Positions 25,231 to 37,180 of a stretch of DNA of 64,000 nt are shown piece after piece. The translations under genes and the position numbers were made by a program. The stretch comes from Botryllus schlosseri. Its lineage: Eukaryota. The stretch lies in contig CM119378.1 of the NCBI GenBank assembly GCA_051294905.1, positions 3,722,001 to 3,786,000 of the forward strand. The letters are read 5' to 3'. The stretch's first letter is position 1; each line of letters begins with the position of its first letter. The notes below the pieces were generated by a model. It was not told the DNA's origin. It searched no databases and saw nothing but the letters and a program-made list of their open reading frames with translations.

Positions 25231-26189
25231 GGTTGGTAATCTGTAATTTGACAGTCTCTATGCGCACAGAAAGTTATTAATACCTTCCATTTTAATGAAC
25301 GAAAGGCCTTGGAGAAGAAAAGACGCGAATAGCATCACGCATGCAACGATAATACATGTCCATCCCACCGGATCGAGCCGCACCTATCAAGTACACATAT
25401 AATCACAGTTAATATTGATCGAAGTCCATACACGCAGAAGTGGTCAAGGTAGTTAGCGTTGCAACTCAGGCAGACGTAGAAGTGACGGCGTAAAATCCAC
25501 TAGCCTATACATTACAAATAGAAGTAGCCATTTGCAAGCGCGTGAAAGTTATACTTCAGATTGAAGTAGAAAATGAACGGTTTGAAAAGTACCCAAGTAT
25601 AGATTGTTTTGAAAAAAGATTTGGTTGTGGGCCGCATAACTTTCGACAGTTGATCGGTGATGGTGACAATCACTGTTAATAGTCTTCCAACTTGCAATCA
25701 TCGCACGAAGAGGAGTAAGCCTACAAGCGGCTTGAGGGCGGGTAGACTTGTACAAACCAATGGATTTTCAAAATGCGCAACTAGAATTGAAACTAGAATT
25801 TCATCACATTTCAAAACTCACCACTAGAACTAGATCTAACGAACTTTAAAAATCTGTAGTTAACCAACTAAAACACTAAAATCCAAAATAGGTTTAATTC
25901 CGAAGCAACACATTACTTTATATTGTACCGGAATCGCATTGACTTAGCGGATTGGCGATAGTCGCTAATTCGCAGCTCTGATAATACGACTTAATGAATT
26001 GCAAATGAGCTAAGAGATATTGTAGATAGAATTGACAGTTCAAAGGGATGGAACTTCGAGTTTGAAATTGGAGGTGATTCAACCCCCTCCCCCCTCCAAC
26101 CCCGTCGGGGGCTACCCCACCGTTTGTAGTGATGAGTGATGACTCTACCAACGTGAGGAGAACGTCAAAGCGTAATGTAAGCCATTTTC

Positions 26190-26548
26190 TTAATAAGCAT
26201 AATTGTCGTAACCGCAAAGAAGCTTCGCGTTCATCCTTATAATTACCGTAACCGCCGGCGAAGTCGTCGACCTGAATTCTGTGGTTACAGATACTTTTGG
26301 TGGCATCTCTGTCGATCCGCCAGAGGATGAATATTCCGCCTCGGATGAATTCTGATGACTTGCTCTCGCGAAAAATGGGTTCGCTGTAAAGGCTCGCGTT
26401 AGTCTTGAACATATTTCAACAAGTATCGCCGCTATCACACCGAGAAAGGGGCACAAAACCGCCCCGGCTCTATTGGATAAATGGTAAATTTGAATGCAGG
26501 AACGCGACGACTTTTCTCCCCACAATCGTAGAATGACGGCCTGTATGC
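26190..26548 (-). pseudogene. MFSD4/NAGLT1-like exon (GIQAVILRLWGEKSS...HLSNRAGAVLCPFL)
   Basis: Phase-1 join to the exon ending at 28506 gives LDVGIQAVILRLWG, matching the MFSD4 motif LDTGGNVLILxIWG; acceptor is atypical GAG; 3' boundary uncertain. Confidence 0.65.
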
Positions 26549-26906
26549 CTCAAATAATTCGGTGACAATCATCTTGTCTATTTGTCGTATTGTAATTTTA
26601 CTATGAAACTATTTGATTTTATCTACGGCTCTCAGGGCGGGGCCTACGGTCGTAGGCCCCGCTCAGCCCCATATCTTTAAAGTGTGAACCACGAGTTGGC
26701 GACGCAAGAATCGATATATACCTTCATTGACGCGTTGGTTTCCCTTTCATAGATTTCCAGTTCCACCAGTGTCCAAGCCTTCAGGTAATTTTTCAAATAT
26801 TTTATGAACATATATACCTGCGCTATATATAGTAGTGAGATTGGCGATTCTGAAATGAACGACTGCTGCTACATATATACATATATATATATTAGTCTCG
26901 ATATGC

Positions 26907-27905
26907 CAGGTGTGGCCAACCTTATCAGCCAAAGGGCCACATGAGATTTACGAACCACTGCGCGGCCACTTCAATGTTGATGACTTTTTTTAGTCTTCTC
27001 GATAGGAGCGAACCGGATTAGGTAACGGTGAAAACAATACTTATATTAATACGCATCAAAATCAATAACAATCATGACATGAAGACCCAGTATCCACCTA
27101 TGACCTAGCCGCGAACAGCGCGAAATTTTTTTAAAGTTAATGAATGAATGCGGTCAATACTAATGTTACTTGAATATATTGCGGGTCACCCTGCATACCG
27201 CTGGGCTCATTTGGCTTGGTTATTCGGCGCCTGGACTTATAAATATCGCAGATTTCGGCTAATATGCGAAATAATGTACTTTATAGTAGGGTTACCATAA
27301 TTTGAGAATCTGAAAAGAGGGCACTTTTTCAAAATTTTTAGACTTGCAATACTGGAGTAAAATCCTGAAAAAATGGTGAAATTTTCCAGACTTTGTGGTC
27401 GATTGACTAAAACAACTAACAAAGGTCATCTTTCCAGCTCAAATAAAGGTCGTTTTTCTGGCTCAAGTCCCGATAACCCCGTCGGACCGTTACTTGGCCG
27501 CTGATTGCCTATATCTCAGTCCAATTTCCGCGTACATTTAACCAAAATTCTTAAAAAGAGGACGAATTCTCCAAAAAGAGGACATTTAGGCGTCCTCCGA
27601 GGACACTTCAAAGAAGTCAAAAAACAGGACGAATCCTCTTTAAAGAGGACGTGTGGTAACCCTACTTTATAGTCAATGGTCATATAGGCCTATACGACGA
27701 TCTACGAAAAATATGGCTGGCCCCTGACCACGCCAATGTGTCGAAACCGATCATTTAGTCATCAAAACCCCAAATTTCGCGGTCAGGCTAATCAAATCTT
27801 GGTTATTTGATTTTGGTATTTATTTTTTGATAATATAACTAATTTCGAGAATTACCCCACCGGTCATTCAAAACCTTCTCGCGGGTCACGGGTTGGCCGT
27901 CACTG
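26907..27905 (+). mobile_element. Degenerate Charlie-type element (family of 15936-21033)
   Basis: CAGGTGTGGCCAACC...GGTTGGCCGTCACTG; shares ccaaagggccacatg and gataatataact..tttcga with the other copy. Confidence 0.65.
27287..27664 (-). mobile_element. Blackjack-like hAT MITE (GTCCTC family)
   Basis: TAGGGTTACCA...TGGTAACCCTA; perfect TSD CTTTATAG. Confidence 0.93.
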
Positions 27906-28505
27906 TTCTATAGTAATGCCGAAAATTTGATCAAACAATAACTCGCAAAAAGTTCACTATCAGATACTATACGGACGGAGAAAATCGCGGAATGATTACG
28001 ACGAAACTATGCACTCACAATTATAATCGTCGAGGACAGACTTGTCTCGCTATTTTATGCGTCATTCCCGGACCAAATGTCGGAGCTCGATAGCGGACAA
28101 TGGTAACACCAAAATCATAGTATCTGGGGTTCGCGTTCAAAATAAAGCGAGTTTCAAAACAACAAGAGTGTCATCATAGGGTGTCATTAAAAAACGACCG
28201 AATGCGACATAACAAGAAAAAAAAGTTGAGCATGCGACACTTCAGCATGCGTCACTTGAGCATGTGACGTTATAACCCCAAAACTAATCTACCCTGACTC
28301 ACACCCCAACCTTAAATCTAACCTAACCCTAAACGTAACCACACCCTAGCCCGAACAATAACCCACAATACTCAAGTGTCTCAAGTCGAAATGTCGCATG
28401 CTCATACAGTCGACGGACCGTAAAACTAGGAGCATGAATATCATCTTTGCCATTTCGAAATAGCCAGAGTGCATATATATCGTGATTGCAGTGTAAGGGA
28501 CATAC

Positions 28506-28622
28506 CCACGTCCAGATATCCAAATACCAAGCCATCCACGATGACATCGGCGATGAGCAAAGGAAAGCTTTCTATCCACGGGATAACGAGTTCCGTTGCA
28601 GCCAGGATGCTTAGAGCAAGCC
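28506..28622 (-). CDS. MFSD4/NAGLT1-like MFS transporter exon (LALSILAATELVIPW...GLVFGYLDVG)
   Basis: ttacag acceptor and GTATGT donor; phase 1-1; 117 nt open; hydrophobic TM3-TM4-like sequence. Confidence 0.75.
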
Positions 28623-28645
28623 CTGTAATTATAGAGTAGGACAAG

Positions 28646-28785
28646 AGCTTCTTGGAGGTACAGAACTTCAACATGCAATTGAATAGTATATTCGTATGGA
28701 AATGGACCCGAATATTTTCTACTGAAACTCGTCAGGGGTAATCGTCAGCAACTAGTAGAGAATTGGTACGAACATTGTATATCGT
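28646..28785 (-). mobile_element. PLE 3' terminal fragment including the tail
   Basis: Reverse complement of ~56030-56167 (ctctactagttgctgacgattaccc...gaagttctgtacctccaagaagctctt). Confidence 0.85.
28706..28739 (-). ncRNA. Minimal type I hammerhead ribozyme motif (PLE-associated)
   Basis: ACCC-CUGACGA-G(UUUCAGU)A-GAAA-AUAU-UC-GGGU; core intact; the single stem II pair is mismatched. Confidence 0.6.
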
Positions 28786-28796
28786 TACATCCGTCA

Positions 28797-30630
28797 CAGT
28801 CTATAGATAACTAACCAACGAATAAATGCGAATCACGTGATTCACGGTCGAGTGATGCTACAGTCGCAGATTTGTTGTCGCTTCATAGCATGAAACGGCA
28901 ACGTAATTGCTAATTCCATAGATGACGACCTGAGCGCTCTAATTTAATAAAGTTGATCTTATTTGAAAGCTACAGTCGCGATGATTCCGAAAATATACAT
29001 TACCTTTTCATCAAGGCTAAGGAACCACCTCAAAATAACCTTCAAAATCTGAAAATCGGCATTGCTCTAAACCAGTGGTTCTTAACCTTTTTTCTTCCAG
29101 CGCCCCCTTTCAAAAATTATCGGGTTCTAGCGCCCCTCCCCCCATATTGTAAGGACTGTAATAAAGACAATGGGTAAGACGGGGGCGTCACATCACTTCG
29201 TCAGCCCCCCTCAAAACGATTGTTGCGCACCCATAGCATGATGAACCAAACTTGTGGGCTTTGCGGCCAAGAACCCCGTCGCGTTTTTTCGATGGTCCAC
29301 ACAGTTTGTGTGGCCTGGTCGCCCTAGGCGTCAAAATTTTCTATAATGCATGAATGAATAGGTGGTAATTGCATATATATGTCGCTATCAACTTTTTATC
29401 CTCTCAGCTCACGTAATCAGATTTACCGGTAGCGCTTAGTGAGCTGTTATCTTGGAAAATGAAGGCCACTTAAATAATAATGAAACATATTCGGGAGTAT
29501 ACCAGTTGGTACAATTACTTCGTTACATGTTGTTATTTTGTTACCTCTTGTCCGCTATGTAGCATTAAACTGAAGTAGGCTAAGCACGCGATTCAAAATT
29601 GGTATTTCTTCACTGGCAAATATTTTTTTCTCTGGTGGATGTTATTTGTCCTGTGGGGTGTGGATTGCGACGACATGATAATTCGGCACGAGCGATGCAA
29701 GCACCTGTGGAAAATTAGACTTAAAGGCCTATACATCGAAGTTTACGGTCAACATAAGGAAAATCAATCCTCTTCGGCTAAGGTTTTCTCGCTGACGATC
29801 TTTTGACACACTTCTCGGAGTCCTGTATTGGCCGGAACTTCAGATGTCTTTGTACGTCGTGGCGTAGTAATGGCAGACCCCTAAATGCCTATTTCTATTT
29901 TCCATAATTATTTTGTTGCAAATAACCCTAGCAAGCGTGACGGCAGTGTTTAAGCGGGAAATTGGCGATCTGAAAGTACGCGCAATTCATTTACATGAGT
30001 TATAATAACCCACTACATTTATGAAAACATATATGTAGCAAACATCGTCGCGTAGCGCGACCAAAAATTTCGGGATTTGACATGTTTTGTGGAATGTTAA
30101 TTTGCTCTGAATACTCATTAAGGATATGTCCTACTACTACATCATCTAATGCGAAGCCAATTTTCTTCAGCGCCCCTCATATCGCCCCCTGATCCCAGCG
30201 CCCCCCATATTGCCCCCTGAGCGTTTTCGCCTCCTTCAAAATCGCCAGCGCCCCTTGGGGGGCGCTGGAAGCAAGGTTAAGAACCACTGCTCTAAACAAT
30301 CGCAACGACGCAGCACAATGGCCATAACAATGGTCCTTGCGTGGTTGCGATTGTTCAGAACAATGCCGATTTTCAGACTTTAAGGGGTATTTCGAGTTGG
30401 CTCCATTGCACTTATCAGATTTTGATGTATATTATCAGAATCGACGCGACTGTAGCTTTCAAATAAGATCAACTACATTAAATTTGAGCGCTCAGGTCGT
30501 CATCTATTGAATTAGCAATTACGTTGCCGTTTCATGCTATGAAGCAACAACAAATCTGCGACTGTAGCATCACTCGACCGTGAATCACGTTATGGGCATC
30601 TATCAGTAGGTTAGTTATCTATACACACTG
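28797..30630. mobile_element. Foldback (fully palindromic) element of ~600 bp, split by a Charlie-type insertion
   Basis: ~28800-29072 is the reverse complement of ~30355-30625 (gattcacggtcgagtgatgctacagtcgcagatttgttgt... / ...acaacaaatctgcgactgtagcatcactcgaccgtgaatc). Confidence 0.85.
29073..30289 (+). mobile_element. Charlie-type hAT element with CAGCGCCCC motifs, containing a nested repeat (~29180-29900)
   Basis: TIR CAGTGGTTCTTAACCTT...AAGGTTAAGAACCACTG; TSD CTCTAAAC. Confidence 0.93.
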
Positions 30631-31592
30631 CACACGGATGCAGGGGATGAATTACAAAAAAAAGTTGCCAGAATTTGTTTTTAAGGTATAAGGCATGGGA
30701 AACGGACTGAAAACCTAGACTTTTTGAAAGTCGGTCAATTCTGAACAACCCTAATACACAGTCTTCGTGATATCTGGCAAGCGGTCGCGGAGACGCATGA
30801 GCGAGCAGCCACGAAGAACCCGGATGTAAACGTCACAGAGTCTTTTTTCGCCACCGCACGCCGAATGACATGCATCGCCGCACAACGGATCTTGACCACG
30901 AATTATAATTATTGAATTGGAACGTGGAAAATGAGTTCAACTCCGAATTAGATAGAAATACAACAAAGCTGAGTTCAGTTCATATCAAATCAGTTCATTC
31001 TTGCTTGTCTCGTTTCTTAGTCTTGTAGTATTTTCTGGAAAACAAGAAATTAGATTCGAATTAAAGTTAGAGCATAGACAAACTCCGCAAATTAGTTTAG
31101 TTTTAGATTACCGGCATTTCGCTTTAATTAATCTAATTATACAACTAGAATAATCTAAATGTTCAAGTCTGCCTGTAAAATAAAGTATGTCTGCTAGGGT
31201 TGTCAATAATTTGGAAAATCTCAAGAATGATGCGTATCCATGTCTCATTCTATAGTTTATTGATTAAAAAAAACGTCAATGAGCCTGCAATAAGCTCACA
31301 GGAAAGTCGTTAAGATTTGTCTAAAAGCGTTTGAAAGTAGCTGCTGTAGAGAGGGCTTGCCAGCGACCATAGAACGGCGAGAAGACGAGTAATCACGAAA
31401 ACGTTGCGTTGGAAACATATCTTGAAAACTTCTTGTCCCGTTCCTATGAAGTCTGAGTGCAGTCTCATAAGCACGAGTATGAAAAATTAGAGTAACTAAA
31501 CAACTAGAATTTTCCAAGTCTGTCCTGTTAAATCAGGTATCGCCCTGTAAACATTGAGTACACCGGTAAGATATCTTGAAAATTCCGCCAAC

Positions 31593-31772
31593 CGAGAGAA
31601 AAAAGTTCACGAAAATCCAGTCCAGTATTCCGCTTCATAAAAGCACCCGCGACTGATCCCGCCAGAATACAGACGGATCTGCCGGTGAAAGTCGTGGAGA
31701 TCGTGTACACCTCGGCGTCCGCGTTGTGCGCAAGATACAGTAGAGCCGGTCCAGAGAGTGCACTGTATGCCC
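31593..31772 (-). CDS. MFSD4/NAGLT1-like MFS transporter exon (GAYSALSGPALLYLA...FTGRSVCILAGSVAG)
   Basis: Matches the MFSD4 N-terminal pattern G....GP....LA......S..F.GR.....GS..G; acceptor tctcaaag; donor after 31611 or 31593 (both phase 1). Confidence 0.75.
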
Positions 31773-31789
31773 CTTTGAGAGACAGACAT

Positions 31790-31940
31790 TTGCTTGTTGC
31801 TTGTTGCTTGTTGTTGTTCATGTTATTCATGTTTTTTTTTACTACATGGTCATTTACACCAGGCCTATATTCTTTATTATGATTCCACATCTGCAGACAT
31901 CTGAGACACCGCTTGCGCGGATCAGAGGGCGAGGACAACT
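31790..31940 (-). mobile_element. 5'-truncated SINE family A fragment
   Basis: ggcctggtgtaaatgaccat tail with a (CAA) repeat, homologous to 53811-53970(-). Confidence 0.7.
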
Positions 31941-32196
31941 TATTAGTACTATTGCATCTAATGCTAATTATCATTGCGTTTAACATTTAACGCACCCAGC
32001 AGCAGAAAGCATTGGCATGCAATATCACTGGTTAAGTGGATAGGCACAAACAGCAAGATTATAGTACTCTCTGAGTCGATCTTACATAACCTATGACAAT
32101 AGGGAAGGAGACAATATTGCATCCTGTGAGATATTCATTAAATATGCAGCTTGTCGGTCGAATGGACAGGAGTGTATTAGATATGGCGCGGTCAGT

Positions 32197-35100
32197 AGAA
32201 TTGTTCAGAATTGACCGACTTTCAAAAATTCATGGTTCTCGTCCGTTTTCCTTGCCTTATACCTTAAAAACGTATTCTAGCTAGTTTTTCTGCAACACAT
32301 TCCTTCCATCTGTGTGCATGTTAAGCTGGAACAATGTAATTTTTCCTAGCTTACTAAAATGTCATATATGTCAGGGTTAAGGCAGCTGTTGTGGTTTTGG
32401 TGATGCAAAACCTCACTGTAGATATTATTCTGAGTTCAGGACACCATTTTCATATTGCACACTGCCTTGGAAATCCTTAAACTTACCAAAAACTGAGCAT
32501 CATTTTGCACGATTTACCATGTAAAAGAATATAACTGTAAATGCACCATCTAATTGCACAGCGACATTGTAAATATCTGATTATACTCTATGAAACGCAA
32601 GAACATAACAGGGAAATGGATCGAGAAACGAAACAACATAATAAAGAAATGGATTAATTTGACAAAAATGTAGCACCCATCGGATAGGTAGATGAATATA
32701 TTGATTTTCGAAATTTTGAAATCTTTGCCGGAGAACTTCCACGGCTTGTGTTTTTTGTCGTCTAGTACGCATAGCCTACATAGTGGGGTCGGTATTTAAA
32801 TTTATCATACGTGCTGCTGCATCGTTAAGTACTTGACCACTATTCACGAATTCCCGAGCACTCATGAGACGCGGATCACCATCCTATTCTGACACTGGAA
32901 GACTCAAACTGATTGTGTTCCACAGCTACAGCATCGATATGAACCACGATTTTATCCCAATCAAATAGGCTACAGGATCAAAAACATGACATAGGTGGAT
33001 GTCGTTGAATAGGTTTACGGAAGGAGCTTTCAGAGACACAAATTTTGATGAATGATCAGATGAAGATTGTGCATTTCGAGAAAATTCAAAATCGCTGCTG
33101 TGGGGAGTGTCATCTGCCTGTGTTTAAGATTTAGATGAGCTGTAGCTGTAAGCTCCCCTCCGTCATTTCATGCTGGTGCAGGCTACCTTCTAGTTATGTC
33201 CAGTCTTATTCTTGTTGTCTGATCTCAACTTTCAACACTTCTTCATTACCGCCTTATTGTTCCTAATCTGGGACCTCCCAAATCATGGTAGAAGGTTAGG
33301 TCTTACAGTCCTTTCATGATCTCAAATGAGCATTTTTGCATCAACTTTCGAAATAGGTTCAGCGGTTCCTTCCCTGTATCCCACAGCTTAAACAGTACAG
33401 CTACAAAGTCACTTCGTGATGTTCCCACATACCTTAGTCTCTGACAGTTGAAGCAAATATACTTTTTGCAGATGATAGATAAATTTGAAGGCACAGCATT
33501 TCACCATGATCGGGGGTCCCATATTAGGAACGATTGGTGCAAAAGATGAAGAATTGTTATCAATCAATCAATCAATCAATCAATCAGGTTTATTAATATT
33601 TTCATCGTTTCAAAACATCACAAGACTGCGATACAATGAGAAGAAAGGAAGGTGTCGAAACAACTTGGAGTAGCCATTAAGATCAGACACCCACCTTAGC
33701 CTAGGCGAAGTAAATAAGAGGCATGCACACTGAATGAAAAGTAATGCAGAGAATAAAAGACGCAAGCCACAAAATGGGGTGGCATGTGGCGGAGGGCGAG
33801 GTCGATGTTAGGTCTTGGTCCGGTAATCCTGAAGACTGGCTAGTATTGATTTAGAAGAAATTGCTTGTATTTCGACTTGAATGCGGACATGCTCGACGAC
33901 TGTCGGATAGCCGGCGAGATGCTGTTCCACAATTGGGGTCCGGCATACTTGATAGAGCAATGCGTTTTCTTGTATTCAGTCCTGATCATATGGTAGTTGT
34001 TCTTCGTTGACGCGCGTGTGCTGTACTTGTGCGCTTTTGTCTCCGAGGTGAAGTAGTCCTTGAAATTTGAGGGACATTGACCGCAATGGAGCTGATACAT
34101 AAACTTGGCAATTTCTAGCTTCCTCATATCTTCTATGTTTAGAACACCAAATCTTTTGAGAAGCGATTTATCAGTTGCACATCCAGACCCCCGTGGGGCT
34201 TTGGCAATGATACGGATGATCAGATGTTGAAGTTTTTGCAGTGGGTCAATTGTATTCTTGCAGGCAGCACCCCAACAAAGAATTCCGTATTGTAACTTTG
34301 ATAGGAATAGAGAGTTGAAGAGTATCAACTGCACGCTGACAGGCAGAATGTAGCTAAGGCGGCGAAATAGACCACATACCTTCGATAGTCGTGGTTTGAG
34401 TGATTGTATGTGACTTGTTAGTTAAACTAGGGCAACAAGAAAAAGACTGAACTGCTAGAATCGTGCACCCCCGCAGCAAGTGGCCCAGTAAACATACAGA
34501 GAACTCATCTATATCTGCACAAGCAGCTGATTCTTCCCACAGCAGTGATTTTGAAGTTGCGCAATATTTATCAGATCATCCATCTAAATTTACTGCTCTG
34601 AAAGCCACTGTAAACCAAATCAACGACAGATATGTATGCCTGGTTCATGATCATTGATTTGCTTGAGACGGAATTTTGGGTCACATAGATGGTATGGGGG
34701 TATAACACGATTGGACGAATCTTGCCGTTTCAGAATAACATATGTATCCAGATTTCATGAATGCTTAGGAATTCCTGAATAAAGATCAAGTACTGAAAGA
34801 TCCAGCAGAACGTATGATTAAATTAATACCGACCACGCTATGTAGGTCTACATACCAGACGGCAGAAAACAGCCAGCCAGTCTCTTACAAGCAGTGGAAG
34901 ATCTCCGGCAAAGATTTCAAAATTTCGAAAAATCAACCCATCAAGCTGATTGGTATTGGATTTTTGTCAAATATATCCATTTATTTGTTATGCTGTTTCG
35001 TTTTGTTATCCATTTCCCCGTTATGCTCTTGCGTGTTTCATTGAATAATAAGGTATTCAAAATATCGCTGTGCGATTGGATGGTGCATTTACAGTTATAT

Positions 35101-35416
35101 AATTTTACACAGTGCAAAATGACGCTCAGTTTTAGGTACGTTTGAGGATTTCCAAGGCATATTATTTAAAGTGAGGTTTTGCATTACCCCAATCCACAAC
35201 AGCTACTTAAACCCTGACATATATGGCATTTTAGTAGGGGATAATTTTAGGGGGTAATCCTCCATTTTCAGCCGATATTATTCCAGCTCAATATGCTCAC
35301 AGATACAAAGAATGAGTTACTGAAAAAAGTAGCTAGAACACGTTTTTAAGGTATAAGGCATGGGAAACGGACTGAAAACCATTACTTTTGAAAGTAGGTC
35401 AATTCTGAACAACCCT
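32197..35416. mobile_element. DNA element with very long (~950 bp) diverged inverted arms; partial further arm at ~30635-30752
   Basis: ttgttcagaattgacc.actttcaaaa...tgccttataccttaaaaac is mirrored at 35340-35416; homology traceable to ~33140 versus ~34500. Confidence 0.8.
33559..34415 (-). mobile_element. 5'-truncated L2/Crack-like LINE (ORF2 C-terminus, 3'UTR, tail)
   Basis: ORF 33840-34334: SKLQYGILCWG...YAGPQLWNSI...FKSKYKQFLL; tail AATAAACC(TGAT)n. Confidence 0.9.
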
Positions 35417-35654
35417 GATAGCGGTCATTTCATAGTTTTTGATGACGCCGCGGGCCACAGCATCAATGATAGAGATATTCAATGTGTAGTTCCCAAGTAG
35501 AGGCCTTATTTGACGGGATCTTGCAGACAGGCATTCCACAAACATCGTGGAAATCTAATTTGCTATCGAACTATTCACGCTTGACACGGAAAAAATCAAA
35601 TTTACAAATATTTGAATAAAATTGTTTTGTGCAGGGCATAATTTATTTTACTTA

Positions 35655-36030
35655 TTGAGTTGCAATTCTGCCATCGGCAAACATCTGTTAGATAATCCGA
35701 TTTCTGCGAATAATTATCGAGACGACCGATTTCGAATCGTTGGGCGAGGCCGTTCACAATTCCATTTGTGTGCCTTGGAGTCGACTTTTATCAAAATACA
35801 CCAACCAAAACTCTGTCAACAAAAGGAGTTCGTGTACCACCTAAAAATAGTACATTGAACGCTCTCACATTCACGAAATTTCATGCTGGTGACGTCATAT
35901 TTTGTGATACGATTGTTGATATACAATGTTCTTTCCAATTCTCTACTAGTTGCTGACGATTACCCCTGACGAGTGTCAGCCGAAAATATTCGGGTTCATT
36001 TCAATATGAATATACTATTGAATTGTTTAT
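35655..36030 (+). mobile_element. PLE 3' fragment (end of GIY-YIG endonuclease plus terminal repeat)
   Basis: SAIGKHLLDN...FRIVGR...LESTFIKIHQPKLCQQKEFV resembles the PLE GIY-YIG C-terminus; followed by a hammerhead-bearing UTR homologous to 55860-56140. Confidence 0.85.
35962..35995 (+). ncRNA. Minimal type I hammerhead ribozyme motif (best-preserved copy)
   Basis: Stem I ACCC/GGGU; core CUGACGA; 1-bp stem II G-C; GAAA; palindromic AAUAUU stem III; UUC cleavage triplet (C35991). Confidence 0.75.
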
Positions 36031-37110
36031 TGAGTTATATAGACATCATGCGACAGGAGGCATCATGATATCGTAAAACTGTCGTATTATAGCATTGCAG
36101 CTAGTGGACCTTTGACGTGCCACAATGTTATGTAGAATATTTTAAAATCTACCGAAGATTGATCTGATATCAGAGCATTTGAGCGATGTAGCGTAGTCCT
36201 GGTTTTGATATTGTCGTCATGATAATAAGTATAGGCTATTGTTACTGCCATTGCCAAAGTCAAATTAAATCATCGTTAGATTTTGCCTTCGATTATTATC
36301 GGGACATATCAATGAAAACTTAAATATAATCATTATTGGGCCATAGTAATAGCATTGTTCCTTGACCTTTTTAGCGATCGTACCCCTTATGTGCTTCTAA
36401 CAAGATTTCTCGTAGCCCCAGTCCATTTCCAACGCAATTTCTGATGGTACCTATATTAAGATCAGAAAGCCCATTCACATCAATTCGCGCGTAGCGCGAA
36501 GACTATTTTCTAGTTGAAAAAATTGGCCAAGAAAATATCCCGCAGCATATAGGCCTAATTCCACAATGCATCTCGTACACCCTGATGTGGTGCTTCGTAC
36601 CCCGATGGGTTCTATCGACCCTGGTTAAGAAACCCTGCAATAGAAATGTCCAATCGGCGAAGAATTCATTGGTGTTACAGCTACCTTACTCGCCACCGAT
36701 AATAACATGGATAAAGAGAACAAACAACACCCAGCATGTAGCCAACTATACGCCACGGGGGTCAGAGAATACCAATGGTTGCCATACTGACCTGATTAAA
36801 TAGCTATATAACACGCAACGCAAGCTACGACCTTTTGATATATTACTATTCCCCATTACAGTTTCATAGATTGTTGCGTCCATAGGATTACCCAGTCACC
36901 GTTCCGAGTCGCAAGTCCTTCTCTGATTTTAATGTTTGACCCGACTCCAACTCGAGTCATTTTTATTTAATCACGCAGTCAATCCAAAATCGAATAATTT
37001 TACGAGAAGGTCACACCAAACCAAATCAAAATTTTCAGTCACGAATCATCAACGGGTCATGTTTTATCATCATCAAATAGAAATGTGACGTAATAGCTGA
37101 TCTTCTACCG

Positions 37111-37172
37111 CAGGGGCGGGCAACTTCTCTAGTCGGCGGGCCGGATATAGGAAAGTATGTTGCCCGCCCCTG
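37111..37172. mobile_element. 62-bp Charlie-type mini-MITE
   Basis: Perfect 14-bp TIR CAGGGGCGGGCAAC; perfect TSD TTCTACCG. Confidence 0.92.
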
Positions 37173-37180
37173 TTCTACCG

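Noticed and set aside
25918..26412. 164-aa ORF as a separate gene
   Set aside because: It overlaps the MFS-like exon in another frame, runs into repeat-like sequence, and has no recognisable motif.
28285..28355. CCTAAC-like run as an interstitial telomere
   Set aside because: Short and degenerate, and it lies between inverted tgagcatgcgaca/tgtcgcatgctca repeats, so it is more likely the interior of a MITE.
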